Shown here piece by piece: positions 62,906 through 64,000 of a stretch of DNA of 64,000 bases. The DNA lies in the NCBI RefSeq assembly GCF_009914755.1, contig NC_060933.1, one strand, 5' to 3'. The notes under the pieces are model-generated. The model was not told the origin of the DNA. It did no database searches and worked only from the letters and a program-made list of their open reading frames with translations. Numbering within the stretch: position 1 is the first letter of the stretch; every line of letters starts with the position of its first letter. The stretch is from the human T2T-CHM13v2.0 reference genome, Homo sapiens. Position numbers and translations under genes: made by a program.

Positions 62906-63739
62906 GAACACATCAGCTTTTGCCATCTTCATGACAAGCCAGGAATTAAAACTAAGTAAATTAAATACTAATGAAATATAATCCTTTAATTTCTAAGCAA
63001 ACATTACTTTGACTTTAATTTAATCAACAAGATTATTTAACGTTCATTGAAAAATCCATATTCCTGCGTTTATACTCATGAAGCTTAACCAATTACAGAA
63101 GAATACAATACAAATAGTTTCTAAATGGACATAGAATTTAAATTCAGATTTTAATGAACTAACTTCTGGACATTGTAGAGTACATAATGTAGTCAGAATT
63201 TTGCAAACGTTGGAGTGTATACTTAGTAATGGAGTTGATTAATAAATGTAAATGCAGTAAGATTGAGAATGGAATAGATTAAAACTTTATTTTATTCTTC
63301 TTGCCAGCTCTGTGGCTACATGGGTGTGAACCAGAACGAGGCAGAAGGGATCTATTTTTCTATTTAGTGCCAATGAGCCCCCATGGATCTATGCAGGGGC
63401 AGGGTGCTTTGTGCAGATGAAGGTAAAATCCCTCCCTGAGAGCAGGTCTGTGCTCAGGGGTGTTGGCTTCTCCATTCACAAGCGTCAGGTGGAGCTTGGG
63501 TGGAAACCACCTTGATTCTTCAGGGCAGCTGCTCTGGTTTGTTCCAGTTTTAGAGTTAGATTGTTTCCTTTAAGAGCCCTCTACCTCACAGTAACAGACT
63601 CTGGTATGGATTTGCATTAGTTGTTTATTTTGTTTTGTTTTTGCCCAAGTAAGAAATTGCACATTTTTCCTTGCACTCTAAAGTCAAAAAGCCGAAGTGG
63701 GAATCATTATAAATGCAACATCTGAGTTTCTGTTATAGC

Positions 63740-63975
63740 TCCTTGTTCTTGGAAATGTTTCATTTGCATCAAGGTCGTGCCAGACATGGTAATGAAGGCC
63801 CTGAACAGAGGGAGAACCATCAGGGACTGCTGTGTGAGCAAAGCGTGGACTTTCATCCTGAAAAATGAGTGCATCCGTAACAACATCCTCAAACATAGAC
63901 GGCTCTGATTAGCGCTCCAGGAGCCCTCTCTCTAAAAACATCTGAAAATGCCTCCTTCTTCCCGGGGCTCACACG
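63740..63975 (+). promoter_or_regulatory. Inverted duplicated module, arm 2; candidate octamer-containing promoter or first exon
   Basis: gtttcatttgcat at 63757-63769, conserved core at 63924-63961, then donor GG|GTAAGT at 63981/63982; function is inferred. Confidence 0.4.
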
Positions 63976-64000
63976 AATGGGGTAAGTCTCACGAAGGAGG

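Noticed and set aside
63921-63987. Immunoglobulin or TCR V-gene leader exon (octamer plus short phase-1 exon)
   Set aside because: The peptide is not a hydrophobic signal sequence, and I saw no V exons or RSS motifs in the window.

Overview
Primate (human or ape-like) genomic DNA, intergenic or intronic, with no protein-coding gene I can support. Nearly all listed ORFs are chance frames or Alu/L1/ERV read-throughs. About half the window is interspersed repeat: 30 Alu elements (many AluY-type), about 18 LTRs (ten in the first 20.4 kb), a degraded ERVL-class internal region at about 49.9-54.7 kb, several L1 fragments (two with twin-priming 5' inversions), L2, MIR and old DNA transposons, one keeping a Tc1/mariner transposase motif. 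The most unusual structure is at 60.8-64.0 kb. A short module (octamer+GAAAC, then a 38-bp core identical at 36/38 positions) occurs twice in inverted orientation about 1.35 kb apart. The + copy runs into a consensus splice donor, and a diverged ~200-bp direct duplication lies alongside. This may be a duplicated bidirectional promoter or a long-range RNA duplex; its function is inference only. Repeat subfamily names come from recalled consensus sequences and need RepeatMasker/Dfam confirmation. Boundaries of old repeats are approximate.
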